This document shows positions 51,029-61,006 of a DNA stretch of 64,000 nt, piece after piece. Under the pieces are notes generated by a model. It saw only the letters and a program-made list of their open reading frames with translations, was not told the DNA's origin and did no database searches. The stretch covers positions 159,102 to 223,101 of the forward strand of contig JBAYHC010000003.1 in assembly GCA_041666325.1 (NCBI GenBank). The letters run 5' to 3'. This DNA is from Patescibacteria group bacterium (GTDB taxonomy: Bacteria > Patescibacteriota > UBA1384 > XYA2-FULL-43-10 > 1-14-0-10-43-13). How positions within the stretch are numbered: position 1 is the stretch's first letter; every line of letters starts with the position of its first letter. The translations under genes were made by a program, and so were the position numbers.

Positions 51029-52975
51029 ATGCCCATGAAAAAGATTATTAGTTATAAAAAGGTAGCACGAGTGTTTGTCACTCTCGCTACAATATTTTCT
51101 CTCCTTCTGCCAATTTCAGCCGCCACGCCAACCTTTGCTGTTGGGCCAGACCAACCAGTGGGGCCGCAAGGACCAGTTGGTCCACAGGTTCCAGTGGGGC
51201 CGCAAGGACCAGTTGGTCCACAGACAGATGGTGAGATACAAACACAAACAGCAACCAGTGGCGCTACAGCTGATCCAGTCATCACAGAAAGCAATAATGT
51301 TACTGGGCCTGATTCGACAAACACAAATCAAACATCATCGAATTCAGAGACAAATATCGAAAACATAAATGATGCAAATATCGAAAACCAAACAACACTG
51401 ACAGCCAATACTGGCAAAAACGACATTGGCAAGAACACTGTGACAGGAGATGTTTCCACAGGATCGATTAACGGTTCTGTCAACGTCATCAATATTGCCA
51501 ACTCCGAACTGGCCCCCGGAAGCACTGTCGGGTCACAGACTGTTGATGGATCACAAACCGGTCAGATAGTATTGAATCCGATCAACCAGAGGTCAGACCT
51601 TTCCAATACCAGCACCGGGCCTGACTCCACAAACAACAATACTGTCTCTAGTAATAACATCATCAAAGTTGTCGACCAAAACAACGCAGAAGCTCTGAAC
51701 AACCTAGTCATCGATGCCAATACCGGCCAAAACAACATCGGTGGTAATACTAAAATCGGAGATGTCACGACTGGAAACATTAACCTCTCAGCCAATCTGA
51801 TCAATCTGCTGAATGTTATGTCGCCGAATTTGACTCTAACACTAGACATTTGGTCAGTGCTCGGAAATTTCAGTGGAGATATAATTCTTAGCAATGGCAC
51901 GACCGGGCCACAATCAAACAATGAAAATAGCATCAACACGAGCGACAGCACTGCAATATCAACTACAAACAACAGCACGATTGATAACGTCTTCAATTTC
52001 CAAACCAACACCGGAGGCAACACAACGGATTCAGGTACCGCAATAGGTAATGTGTCTACAGGTGAAGCAAAAGTGCAGAGCTCAACAACTAACGTAGCCA
52101 ATCTGGATACACCAGTGCTTTATCTGATTAATGTCTTTGGCGAATGGGACGGAGCTCTGGACGGTGTCGATCCGAACAGTGTGATCATTAACACAATGAC
52201 GGGACCGGGCTCAACCAATTTTAATGAGAAAGAGAATAATCAAAGCGTTGATATCACTACAGAGAATAATGCCTCGGCAAGCAACATCGTGACCGTCAAA
52301 GCCAACACTGGCGACAACCATGTCGGCAAGAACACAGTCACTGGCAATCTTAAAACCGGATCAATAAATGTCACTGCTAGCGCCGTCAATATCCTCAATT
52401 CATTCGGGGACAATGCAAAAAATCTAATCCTGAAGGTAATCAATATCTTTGGTAATTGGAAGGGCAATGTTGCAAAACAACCAAAACCAGCCAATAGCAA
52501 TGGTGGTTCGAACAACCAGGTCCCAGGAGGAACGAGTCAGAACAATCCTACACCCGCGACAACATCGACAGAGAGTCCGCAAGCCCCTACTACTAATAAT
52601 GAATCAACTCCAGCGATGCAATCAACCGCAGCCATCGAGAGCAGCACCGGCAGCACAACAAGCAACAATGTTTCAGCCAATCAGAATAGCCAAAAACCAG
52701 CCCAGTCTCCTGTCAACAAGCTCGCAAGCTCAACCAGAAGGGTCCTGTCATCCGAGCAACAACTACCACAAACAATAGATGAGAAGATGGTCCCAACAGA
52801 AAATTCCGTTGATACAGCCGGTGATTTCTCGGGCGTTGTTCTGGCTGCCACAGATGAACAATTGCCATTGGGAGGATCGAGAACACCCTTAGTACACATT
52901 GCTTTGAGCGCTCTTGGAATAACCTTACTCTGGGGACTAGTAGAATTGTTGGCCAGATATTCTAGAGGAAGATAG
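51029..52975 (+). CDS. Cell-anchored Asn/Thr/Gly repeat protein (four repeats, collagen-like N-segment, C-terminal TM)
   Basis: Signal peptide, GPQGPVGPQ, same repeat as 49985, S/T/P/Q stalk, LPLGG + TM + RYSRGR. Confidence 0.85.
   Translation: MPMKKIISYKKVARVFVTLATIFSLLLPISAATPTFAVGPDQPVGPQGPVGPQVPVGPQGPVGPQTDGEIQTQTATSGATADPVITESNNVTGPDSTNTNQTSSNSETNIENINDANIENQTTLTANTGKNDIGKNTVTGDVSTGSINGSVNVINIANSELAPGSTVGSQTVDGSQTGQIVLNPINQRSDLSNTSTGPDSTNNNTVSSNNIIKVVDQNNAEALNNLVIDANTGQNNIGGNTKIGDVTTGNINLSANLINLLNVMSPNLTLTLDIWSVLGNFSGDIILSNGTTGPQSNNENSINTSDSTAISTTNNSTIDNVFNFQTNTGGNTTDSGTAIGNVSTGEAKVQSSTTNVANLDTPVLYLINVFGEWDGALDGVDPNSVIINTMTGPGSTNFNEKENNQSVDITTENNASASNIVTVKANTGDNHVGKNTVTGNLKTGSINVTASAVNILNSFGDNAKNLILKVINIFGNWKGNVAKQPKPANSNGGSNNQVPGGTSQNNPTPATTSTESPQAPTTNNESTPAMQSTAAIESSTGSTTSNNVSANQNSQKPAQSPVNKLASSTRRVLSSEQQLPQTIDEKMVPTENSVDTAGDFSGVVLAATDEQLPLGGSRTPLVHIALSALGITLLWGLVELLARYSRGR
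51155..51223 (+). repeat. 36-bp-period tandem duplication
   Basis: CCAGTGGGGCCGCAAGGACCAGTTGGTCCACAG occurs twice. Confidence 0.9.
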
Positions 52976-52988
52976 CTCCAGTGCTTTT

Positions 52989-53030
52989 AAAACTAAAACC
53001 TCACCGTATTTGGGTGAGGTTTTAGTTTTT
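52989..53030 (+). terminator. Intrinsic terminator
   Basis: AAAACTAAAACCTCACC-loop-GGTGAGGTTTTAGTTTTT. Confidence 0.8.
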
Positions 53031-53101
53031 CTTTTGTTATAATAATCAGCTTATCGCTTCTTCTGGCAAAATAGCTTTTGATTTTAATCGGGATAAAACT
53101 C

Positions 53102-54259
53102 ATGGGTCCAATTCCTTTGTTCTGGGAGGAACACAACCACAACGTCACAAAAATAATCGGTGATTATGATTTAATTTCAAGCCTAGACCACCTTTGCATC
53201 TCCTCGTCCAATCCCCGCCGGATCGGCAAGAAGGTTGTCATACCTGGCAAATACGTCAAGCTCCCTGCTGTTCGCGAGATAGAGATCGGAGGAGCTCAAT
53301 GCACGCTTATGCCAATCAACTACCAGGACAAACACGTTGCATTCCTGCTCATAAATAAGCATTTTGATAGTCTCGAAAACTATCTACCGCTGATTCAGAG
53401 CTTGGCTGAACTTTCTGTTGCTCACTATGTCGAAAAAAGTAAATACACACCGGACTCAACAGATGTGTTTGTTTCCAACTTGCTCAATCATGATGCCTAC
53501 GATCTTTCAGTCTACAGGACCGAAGCAAGGTCTTTGGGTTATAACTTTAAAATGAAGCGCATCGCCATAGCAATTCACCTGGCAAACTTTAGCTACAGAC
53601 AGCTCTTCTCCCCAAACCATACTGGCTTTGAACGCGAAGAAACTATCAAGAAATGGAAGAAAAGGATCGAATACACCATCAATAGCTTTTTCACCAGCAG
53701 TAAGGATATAATTACTGCCTATATCGGAGAAGATACGTTCGCAGTTTTCAAAACGGTAGAAAAAGACGAAGATGAAAAACTAGGCAGACACATCAAGTTA
53801 TCTCACAGAGCCATCTTCAGCCCTCTCCGTGACGCTTCGATCTCCGATATCACAGTCGGCTTCAGCAATGCCTATTCTGGTCTAATAGGGATAATAAAAT
53901 CGTCCAAAGAGGCGAAAATGGCCCTATCTCTCGGCAATCGAACCAAGGGACCTAATCACAGCTACCACATCGATGATTTTGGTCTCCTGAGCCTGATAGC
54001 ACATGTCGACGAAGAAACTCAAAAACGATTCGCCCAAAGAATTCTGGGGAAAATCACCGACAGCAATATACTCCTCACTCTTGAAATCTTGCTGGAGGAA
54101 AACTTCAATATCTCTCATGCCGCAGAACGCCTCAAGGTCCATCGCAACACAATCATCTACCGCATCCATCAGATCGAGGATATCTTGGGGTACGACCCGC
54201 GGTCATTTGATTCGGTGGTTAATTTCAAAATTGCCTTGTTGATAAACAAGAGATTCTAG
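53102..54259 (+). CDS. PucR/CdaR-family transcriptional regulator
   Basis: GGDEF-like middle; C-terminal NISHAAERLKVHRNTIIYRI HTH. Confidence 0.88.
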   Translation: MGPIPLFWEEHNHNVTKIIGDYDLISSLDHLCISSSNPRRIGKKVVIPGKYVKLPAVREIEIGGAQCTLMPINYQDKHVAFLLINKHFDSLENYLPLIQSLAELSVAHYVEKSKYTPDSTDVFVSNLLNHDAYDLSVYRTEARSLGYNFKMKRIAIAIHLANFSYRQLFSPNHTGFEREETIKKWKKRIEYTINSFFTSSKDIITAYIGEDTFAVFKTVEKDEDEKLGRHIKLSHRAIFSPLRDASISDITVGFSNAYSGLIGIIKSSKEAKMALSLGNRTKGPNHSYHIDDFGLLSLIAHVDEETQKRFAQRILGKITDSNILLTLEILLEENFNISHAAERLKVHRNTIIYRIHQIEDILGYDPRSFDSVVNFKIALLINKRF

Positions 54260-54260
54260 G

Positions 54261-54734
54261 CTAGCTTGATCCTGTGATCTCACTGAATCGCCTCGAGACA
54301 TAGCTCTTGTAACGCTTTTGCAGATCGCTGATAGCCTCTTTGTCCAGCCTGCCATTTTCAAGCGAAATCCAAACAGAGGGCATGTCATAGAGATATCGAC
54401 CGATTCCCCACTGCACGGCAGCTCTTTTCATTGCATCAGAAAATCCACCCTTTGTTGGCTCAATATTTGTCTCCTCTGCTCCATCATACTTTGTAATCCA
54501 CTCGCTCTTATCATCGATTCGAATTGAAATTCCACACTTCACACCCTTACTATCCCACCGGTCAAATTCGTTCTTCCAATTAAGCGGGCCAACAATTTCA
54601 TCTAATCTCTCTTGGATCGCTCGATTTGTAACATACGCAAGAGCCATTCCACTTGTTCGGTCGGCATTTATTGAACCGATGCGCCACTCAATATCACCTG
54701 CCTCGAATGGCTTCCGAAGATTGCCCAAATTCAT
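54261..54734 (-). CDS. Rad52/Rad22 (Sak-like) single-strand annealing protein
   Basis: LRKPF..DIEWR, AYVTNRAIQERLD, KGGFSDAMKRAAVQWGIGRYLY. Confidence 0.9.
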   Translation of the reverse strand: MNLGNLRKPFEAGDIEWRIGSINADRTSGMALAYVTNRAIQERLDEIVGPLNWKNEFDRWDSKGVKCGISIRIDDKSEWITKYDGAEETNIEPTKGGFSDAMKRAAVQWGIGRYLYDMPSVWISLENGRLDKEAISDLQKRYKSYVSRRFSEITGSS

Positions 54735-54919
54735 CTCGCTCCTTTTCCAATATAATCAATCATTGCATTATAGACTGCGCCGAGCCTTCTCCCAAGTAAT
54801 AATTAGTTTGATTTGTCAGCCGCGCAAATAAAAAAATGGCCTCTGGATAATGGGCCAAGAGAGCCTAAATTTACAAACTAAAAACGTCCAAATGTTGAAC
54901 TTGGCAATAAGTTCCGAGC

Positions 54920-56071
54920 CTATGGCCGACCAGATACAGTTTTCTGCATCAATATCCGCTTGTCCAACACGTTCATTTTATCTTGAGCATTATAAACAAT
55001 CGGTTCTACTAGGCTGTAGCCAGGCTTGCTCGCCAATATTTTATACTTGCTTTGAGAGAGTAATGCGGAGAACTTACCGTTCTTGTCCGAAATGACAGTC
55101 TTGATTAGCCTGGTGCCAGTATCGTCCATGACGCGGATTAGGGCGAGAGACAGGGGTTGAGAATTATTTTTGTCTAGCACAGATCCCCAAGGAGAATACC
55201 TGAATTTTGCGTAGGCGTTGTAGATCCAAACAACCCAAAGCAGAATATACGTAACAACGATGGGCCAATCAGAGGATGCGAAAGTCCTAGAAATTTTTCC
55301 TATTATCGTCACCGTTCCGATAGCGAGACTGGCGAAAGAAACATAAACCATGAAACGCTCAAACTTTGCCAAAGAAACAACCCAATGGTACTTTTCCTTA
55401 ATCGATTCACTTGTTGGCACCAGAGCAATTCTCGGAACAATCAAGCTCTCTCGCAAGCTTTTAACTTCTATCACTGCGTTCGGTTGATAATATTTATCGG
55501 GTACTAAAGAAAAGTCATATGATTTTTTAATAGCATTGATAACATATCTACCAGGAGGAGCGATAAAACCATATTGACCATCGCTATCAGTATAAGCAAA
55601 GGCAACCACCTTGCCTTCTCCTGCGCTGCTTTCTGTCTTCGACCCAGCCTCAACTAGCTCAACACGAACCATCGGGATTGGCACCTCTGTTCCAATCTCA
55701 ACTACTCGTCCCCAACCTCTCTTTTTCCGACGAAATCCAACCAGATAGATGATCGAGTTCCAAAGAGAAAGAGAAAACTCCCTCAAAGAAGAGAAAACGG
55801 TTACGGCATTTGCAGCTGGAGCAGCCATAGCACCAATACCAGCTATGCTCAGGGCAGCCGCTGAAATTGCATTAGGAACCTGTTCTGAAGGTATGCCGAT
55901 ATATTCTGCAATCTTCATTATTGGAGCTTCCACTATTTCGATTGGATCAGGCACATTTGGATCCGAGAAAATTCCACCATATCCTCTAACCTCCTTAGTG
56001 AAACCAAAGGTCGAAATAAAATAAAGGGCAATAAAAATAACTGCTGCACGAGTGATCGTTAGCAGAAACAT
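54920..56071 (-). CDS. Membrane protein with two carboxypeptidase-regulatory-like (CarboxypepD_reg) domains
   Basis: WGRVVE..PIP..VEL..TDSDGQYGF..PGRY; WGSVLD..PLSLA..SDKNGKF; start uncertain (up to 56176). Confidence 0.75.
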   Translation of the reverse strand: MFLLTITRAAVIFIALYFISTFGFTKEVRGYGGIFSDPNVPDPIEIVEAPIMKIAEYIGIPSEQVPNAISAAALSIAGIGAMAAPAANAVTVFSSLREFSLSLWNSIIYLVGFRRKKRGWGRVVEIGTEVPIPMVRVELVEAGSKTESSAGEGKVVAFAYTDSDGQYGFIAPPGRYVINAIKKSYDFSLVPDKYYQPNAVIEVKSLRESLIVPRIALVPTSESIKEKYHWVVSLAKFERFMVYVSFASLAIGTVTIIGKISRTFASSDWPIVVTYILLWVVWIYNAYAKFRYSPWGSVLDKNNSQPLSLALIRVMDDTGTRLIKTVISDKNGKFSALLSQSKYKILASKPGYSLVEPIVYNAQDKMNVLDKRILMQKTVSGRP

Positions 56072-56255
56072 ACCTTCATTTTTATTATCCCTGAAAGATT
56101 TTATTTTATCTCCGTATGCAATGACTATATTATAATGTTTATTGCGATGAGGAGCAAACATGGCCAGTGCTTGCAATAATGATCCCGCTTAAACTTTGTG
56201 GACGCTTGAGCACTATGTTATCTTGTAATGACAGATATGTATAATTTGGCTAACC

Positions 56256-57770
56256 ATGATACCATTCAAGCCCACCCACACCACTAGTTTTTTTGTTTAC
56301 TACGTTATTCTCTTCGGCACAATTGCTTTGGGCATTTTTTTGCGCTTCTATCACTTGGGACAACAGTCTTACTGGATGGACGAAGGCTATACTATCAACG
56401 CAGTACTATCAATTACCGAAAAGGGTCGCTCTGTTCTAGACTCTGGCCAACCATACTTCTGTCCACTTTACTGCTATCCTACTGCATGGTTAACAAAAAT
56501 ACTAGGAGAAAATGCCGCCACCTATCGCCTCATGTCTGCACTCGTTGGCAGTCTATTTATAATTGTGTTTTGGACTACGGTCAAAAATATTTACGGCAAG
56601 AACATCGCACTGGTCGGCACTATTTTTGTTTCTCTTTCTTACTGGCAGATTGCATGGTCTCGTCAGGCGAGATGGTATACCCTCCTTACGCTAGCTACAT
56701 GGCTATCAATATATTTTCTTTACCAATACGTTCACCATGAGAAAAATAACAATAGCCGGATAGCTTTAAGTTTAGTCTTTCTTGTTATTGCCATCATTGT
56801 TCAACCAATTGCCTATTTGCTGATCCCGATATATACAACGTTTCTGGCTTGGTCGAAGAAATCATTGAGGGAAATATTAGCAGTGCTCTGTCTTGCGACA
56901 ATTGTATATCTTGTGTCAGAGATACTGAGCACAAACAAGGACAACAATTTTGTTATGAACGTTTTGGGACAAATTAAACTCAACTACACCTTGCCGTACT
57001 ATCTCGGCTTCTATATCCGTAGCTACTGGCCATTGATCTTTTTCGGTCTGATTGCGCTATCCAAAAAGAAACAAAATGATACCGGCAGTTTCTACAAACT
57101 TGGGATCTGCACTTTCCTAATTTACCTAATATCCATATCCCTGTTTACGAACATAATTCACTATCGATACCTGTTTCACCTCACACCATTCCTTTACCTC
57201 TCGGCCTCGATCGGAGCGCTTACCATCCTTGACCAAATTAAACTAACATGGACCAAATATCTCGTCTTGACGATGATTGTAACTGTTTTTTTCGCAACCG
57301 GTCACGGCATATTGCAACCAAAAAGTTTCTATTCCCTTGAATCAGATGATCCGTCGAAGATCAAGCGACCCTATTATGCCTACACCCCCCAGCCAGATTT
57401 CAACGCAGTCTATCGTTTTATCGGACAGAATCGCCAGAATGGTGATATTGTTATTTCCTCTCATCCACAATTTAACAAAATATTTCTGAATGAGCCGGGC
57501 TATTGGATTCAATACGATTATTTGGGCATCAGCGATAGACCAAATACTGTAATAAACGGAAAAGAATACTATGTCGGGGCAGAAACCATCGCTAGCAAAA
57601 ATGCGCTAGAAAAAATAGTACTTAGTGGTACACACGGATTTATCATTACCGACTTTTCCGCTTCTAGCAAAATAGATGAGAGCACAATGAATTACATCGC
57701 AGCCAACCTTCAACAGGTTTTCTCAAAAACAGAGAATGCCTACTCCAAGATTCACGTCTATCGATTCTAG
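56256..57770 (+). CDS. GT-C fold glycosyltransferase (GT39/PMT-like)
   Basis: LRFYHLGQQSYWMDE, SRQARWY, many TMs. Confidence 0.85.
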   Translation: MIPFKPTHTTSFFVYYVILFGTIALGIFLRFYHLGQQSYWMDEGYTINAVLSITEKGRSVLDSGQPYFCPLYCYPTAWLTKILGENAATYRLMSALVGSLFIIVFWTTVKNIYGKNIALVGTIFVSLSYWQIAWSRQARWYTLLTLATWLSIYFLYQYVHHEKNNNSRIALSLVFLVIAIIVQPIAYLLIPIYTTFLAWSKKSLREILAVLCLATIVYLVSEILSTNKDNNFVMNVLGQIKLNYTLPYYLGFYIRSYWPLIFFGLIALSKKKQNDTGSFYKLGICTFLIYLISISLFTNIIHYRYLFHLTPFLYLSASIGALTILDQIKLTWTKYLVLTMIVTVFFATGHGILQPKSFYSLESDDPSKIKRPYYAYTPQPDFNAVYRFIGQNRQNGDIVISSHPQFNKIFLNEPGYWIQYDYLGISDRPNTVINGKEYYVGAETIASKNALEKIVLSGTHGFIITDFSASSKIDESTMNYIAANLQQVFSKTENAYSKIHVYRF

Positions 57771-58717
57771 TTTTCAATAATCTCAGCGATTTCATAATTA
57801 GTAATCTTCTTGGTAGCATAGAAATTTTTAACCACCATGTCCATAAGCAAACCAAAGATAATTAATTGAAAGCCAGCAAAAGTGCCCGAGACAGCAAGAT
57901 AGGTCAGCGACGACGAAGAGAGATCGGCACCTAGATAAATCTTATTATAAAAAGCAATTCCTCCTGCCATAAATGATGCCAAGAAAACAGCAATACCCAG
58001 AGTTCCAAAGAGGTGAAGCGGACGGTTGACATACTTCCCCCAAAACCAGAGAGAAAGAATATCTAGTGCCCCCTTAATCGTTCTCTTCCAGTTATACTTG
58101 GTCTTGCCATATTTTCTGGAGTGGTGTTTCACCACTTCTTCCCCAATCCTATAGCCCCTAATTTTCAGCAAAGCAGGTATAAATCGATGCATTTCACCAT
58201 ACAGATCTATATTATCAAAACACTCACGTTTAAAAATTTTTAGGGTGCAACCACTATCGTGAATGCCATCGTGAATTAGCATGCTCCGTAGAATGTGCGC
58301 TCCCCTTGAGGCAAGGCGCTTAAAAATAGGATCCTTTCTATATTTGCGCCAGCCACAAATACAATCGTAGTTGCCTTCTTTGATCTTTTTGAGTAATTTG
58401 GGAATATCTGCCGGATCATTTTGGCCGTCACCATCCAGGGTTACTATATATTCTTTTTTGGCCTTTTTGATGCCCGCATCAAGAGCAGCCGTCTGCCCAA
58501 ATTTTTTGCGCAATCTAATTATTGTTATCCCTGGCAGGCCAGCCAATATCTTGCTCGTCTTATCAAAAGATCCATCATCAACAAAAATGATCTCGGCGAC
58601 TATCTCATTTTTATCGCAAACAGACTTTATCTTTTGGTACAATGCAGAAATAGCACCCGCCTCATTGTGTGCAGGCACCACGATCGATATGTGCGGTTTT
58701 TCTTCAGTGGTTCTCAT
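57767..58717 (-). CDS. GT2 polyprenol-phosphate glycosyltransferase (DPM1/ArnC-like)
   Basis: VVPAHNE, VDDGS, LDGDGQNDP, MHRFIP, two C-terminal TMs. Confidence 0.92.
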   Translation of the reverse strand: MRTTEEKPHISIVVPAHNEAGAISALYQKIKSVCDKNEIVAEIIFVDDGSFDKTSKILAGLPGITIIRLRKKFGQTAALDAGIKKAKKEYIVTLDGDGQNDPADIPKLLKKIKEGNYDCICGWRKYRKDPIFKRLASRGAHILRSMLIHDGIHDSGCTLKIFKRECFDNIDLYGEMHRFIPALLKIRGYRIGEEVVKHHSRKYGKTKYNWKRTIKGALDILSLWFWGKYVNRPLHLFGTLGIAVFLASFMAGGIAFYNKIYLGADLSSSSLTYLAVSGTFAGFQLIIFGLLMDMVVKNFYATKKITNYEIAEIIEN

Positions 58718-58949
58718 GTCGCCAACCCAAACATTAGTAGATGGATATCTAATACGGACGATACTAAAACACACCATAAAACACAACTGTGCTTTGCCTG
58801 TAGCCGACAGGACAGGTGCACTACTACACTTCCGAGCACGTCCTTCGACTCTGAGGGACACTCAGGACTCGAAGAGAGCAATACCGAATGACTGCGGGCA
58901 TTACCACATCTTGTAATAAAATTAGTAGTCAAACCAAAGGGTCTAAATA

Positions 58950-59858
58950 ATGAAATGCTGTCCAATCTGCAGTAACTCGAAACCGATCGTCGATCGGAGA
59001 CTAAATAAAATAAAATTGGTAAAGTGCACAAAATGCGAGTTTGTTTACGCTGACCTGCCTGACGAGACAATAGTAAGAGAAAATTCTTCGTATTCCGAAA
59101 ACGCCGACTACCAATACAGCATCCAACAGACAAGCCTAGATAAGCTCTGGTTCAAATCTATCGCTCTAAAGCTAGTCAATGCTAGCGGAACGAACAAGGG
59201 GAAAATTTTGGACATTGGCTGCGGAAATGGCGTTTTCCTGGCATCTTTTCCCCAAAATTGGGACAAGTTCGGCCTAGACGTTTCACCCTGGTCAAAAAAG
59301 GGAGCGCTGCAAAACCGATATCATTTGATTCAAAAAGAACTGGAAAACGCCGAGCTACCAGACAATCACTTCGATATCATTACCAGTTTCTCAACCTTTG
59401 AGCATATCCCCCAGCCCAAGAAGCATTTAAAGGAAATACTAAGAATATTGAAGCCGGGAGGAATCGTATACATCGGGGCCGTGCCGAATTATGGCACAAT
59501 CAGTGTGCTGTTAAATCTCTCTAGCTTTGCGCGTAACGTTCCACCAGAACACTGCAATTTTTTTACAAAAAAAACTTTATCGTATCTGTTGGCTATGTCT
59601 GGAGTTGATGCAGAACTCAAATATAAGAAAATTAGAACTTATGGTATACCGGAAATACACAGGATTTATAGATACATAAACCAAAAGACCAGCAAAAATA
59701 ACAAACTTGCATTGAAAAACAACGGTCCATGCACAGCCGGACAGACAAAGACACGCCTTGGCCTATCCTGGCTGTTATCCGTCTACGATGCACTACCGTT
59801 TCCCTTCTTCACCGGTGACAAACTCGAGCTCTTAGCCATGAAGAAAGATAATAAATGA
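58950..59858 (+). CDS. Class I SAM methyltransferase with N-terminal Zn motif
   Basis: CPIC..CTKC; ILDIGCGNG; FEHIP; LKPGG. Confidence 0.9.
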   Translation: MKCCPICSNSKPIVDRRLNKIKLVKCTKCEFVYADLPDETIVRENSSYSENADYQYSIQQTSLDKLWFKSIALKLVNASGTNKGKILDIGCGNGVFLASFPQNWDKFGLDVSPWSKKGALQNRYHLIQKELENAELPDNHFDIITSFSTFEHIPQPKKHLKEILRILKPGGIVYIGAVPNYGTISVLLNLSSFARNVPPEHCNFFTKKTLSYLLAMSGVDAELKYKKIRTYGIPEIHRIYRYINQKTSKNNKLALKNNGPCTAGQTKTRLGLSWLLSVYDALPFPFFTGDKLELLAMKKDNK

Positions 59859-61006
59859 AAAATCTACTTGTCCTAAATTATGAGTTTCCCCCGCTTGGCG
59901 GCGGAGCTGGTCCAGTTAGCTACGAGGTTGCCAGGGCCCTATCTGAAATGGGAAATTATAATATCGATGTTGTAACGATGGGCTTCAGCGGCCTGAACAC
60001 ATACGAAGAGATCAATCCTCTCTTTCGCATCCATCGAGTAAGATGCTTGCGCTCAAAAAAAGAGATTTGCTACCCCTGGGAACAAGCAACTTACCTTTTT
60101 TCGGCCTACCGAAAATGCAAACTACTAATGGCGAATAAAAAGTATGATATTTGTCATACTCACTTTTTGATTCCAACCGGAATTCTTGCCTTGCTTCTAA
60201 AACGGAGGTTTGTTCTGCCATACATCATCACGACCCATGGAAGCGACGTCCATGGGCACATTCCTCGCCTGAATAAGTATCATGCCATAATGAAACCCCT
60301 GTCTCGATCAATTGTTTCTAACGCCTTGGCTATCACATCACCATCACAAAAATTGTTATTAGAAATTGAACAACATTTTGACAACATAAAATCGAAAACC
60401 ACTATTATTTCTCATGGCATAATACCAGATATGTTTATCCCTGCTTCCCATAAAGGCAACCATATCCTTGTAGTAAATCGGCTTGTACCGATAAAGAGAA
60501 CAGATGAAATAATTAGAGCAATTTCAGAATGTCATCTAGGAAACTGGGATGTTAACATTGTTGGAGATGGCCCAGAGATTGGCAATCTCAAAAAGCTATC
60601 GAGGCAACTCAAAGTTGCCCATAAGATTAAATTCTGGGGATGGATCGATCACGGCGACAATAAGTTAAAAGATATATACAGCAAGGCGAAGGTTTTTGTT
60701 TCTGCAAGCAACAACGACAGCTTCAATATAAGTATCTTGGAGGCAATACAAGCCGGCTGCATTATAATTGCAAGCAACAAGAATGGCTTGATTGATGCTC
60801 TTGATAAATCTGGTGCAAAAATAATTACTTACCAGTCCGGCGATATGAAGGGATTAATCGCTAAACTTACCCATGCAATAAATCACACCGAGCACTACGA
60901 CGAAGCAGTGCTTCGCAATCGAGAAATAATCAACGCTGACTATAGCTGGAAGAAGATTGCTGCATCTTATCATTCAATTATTAACCATGTCCTTGACCAT
61001 GTCTAA
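59855..61006 (+). CDS. GT4 glycosyltransferase
   Basis: NYEFPPLGGG, HGSD, SFNISILEA. Confidence 0.9.
   Translation: MKNLLVLNYEFPPLGGGAGPVSYEVARALSEMGNYNIDVVTMGFSGLNTYEEINPLFRIHRVRCLRSKKEICYPWEQATYLFSAYRKCKLLMANKKYDICHTHFLIPTGILALLLKRRFVLPYIITTHGSDVHGHIPRLNKYHAIMKPLSRSIVSNALAITSPSQKLLLEIEQHFDNIKSKTTIISHGIIPDMFIPASHKGNHILVVNRLVPIKRTDEIIRAISECHLGNWDVNIVGDGPEIGNLKKLSRQLKVAHKIKFWGWIDHGDNKLKDIYSKAKVFVSASNNDSFNISILEAIQAGCIIIASNKNGLIDALDKSGAKIITYQSGDMKGLIAKLTHAINHTEHYDEAVLRNREIINADYSWKKIAASYHSIINHVLDHV

Noticed and set aside
51155-51223. CRISPR array (36-bp period)
   Set aside because: Two adjacent in-frame copies with no real spacer, inside a CDS; no cas genes in the window
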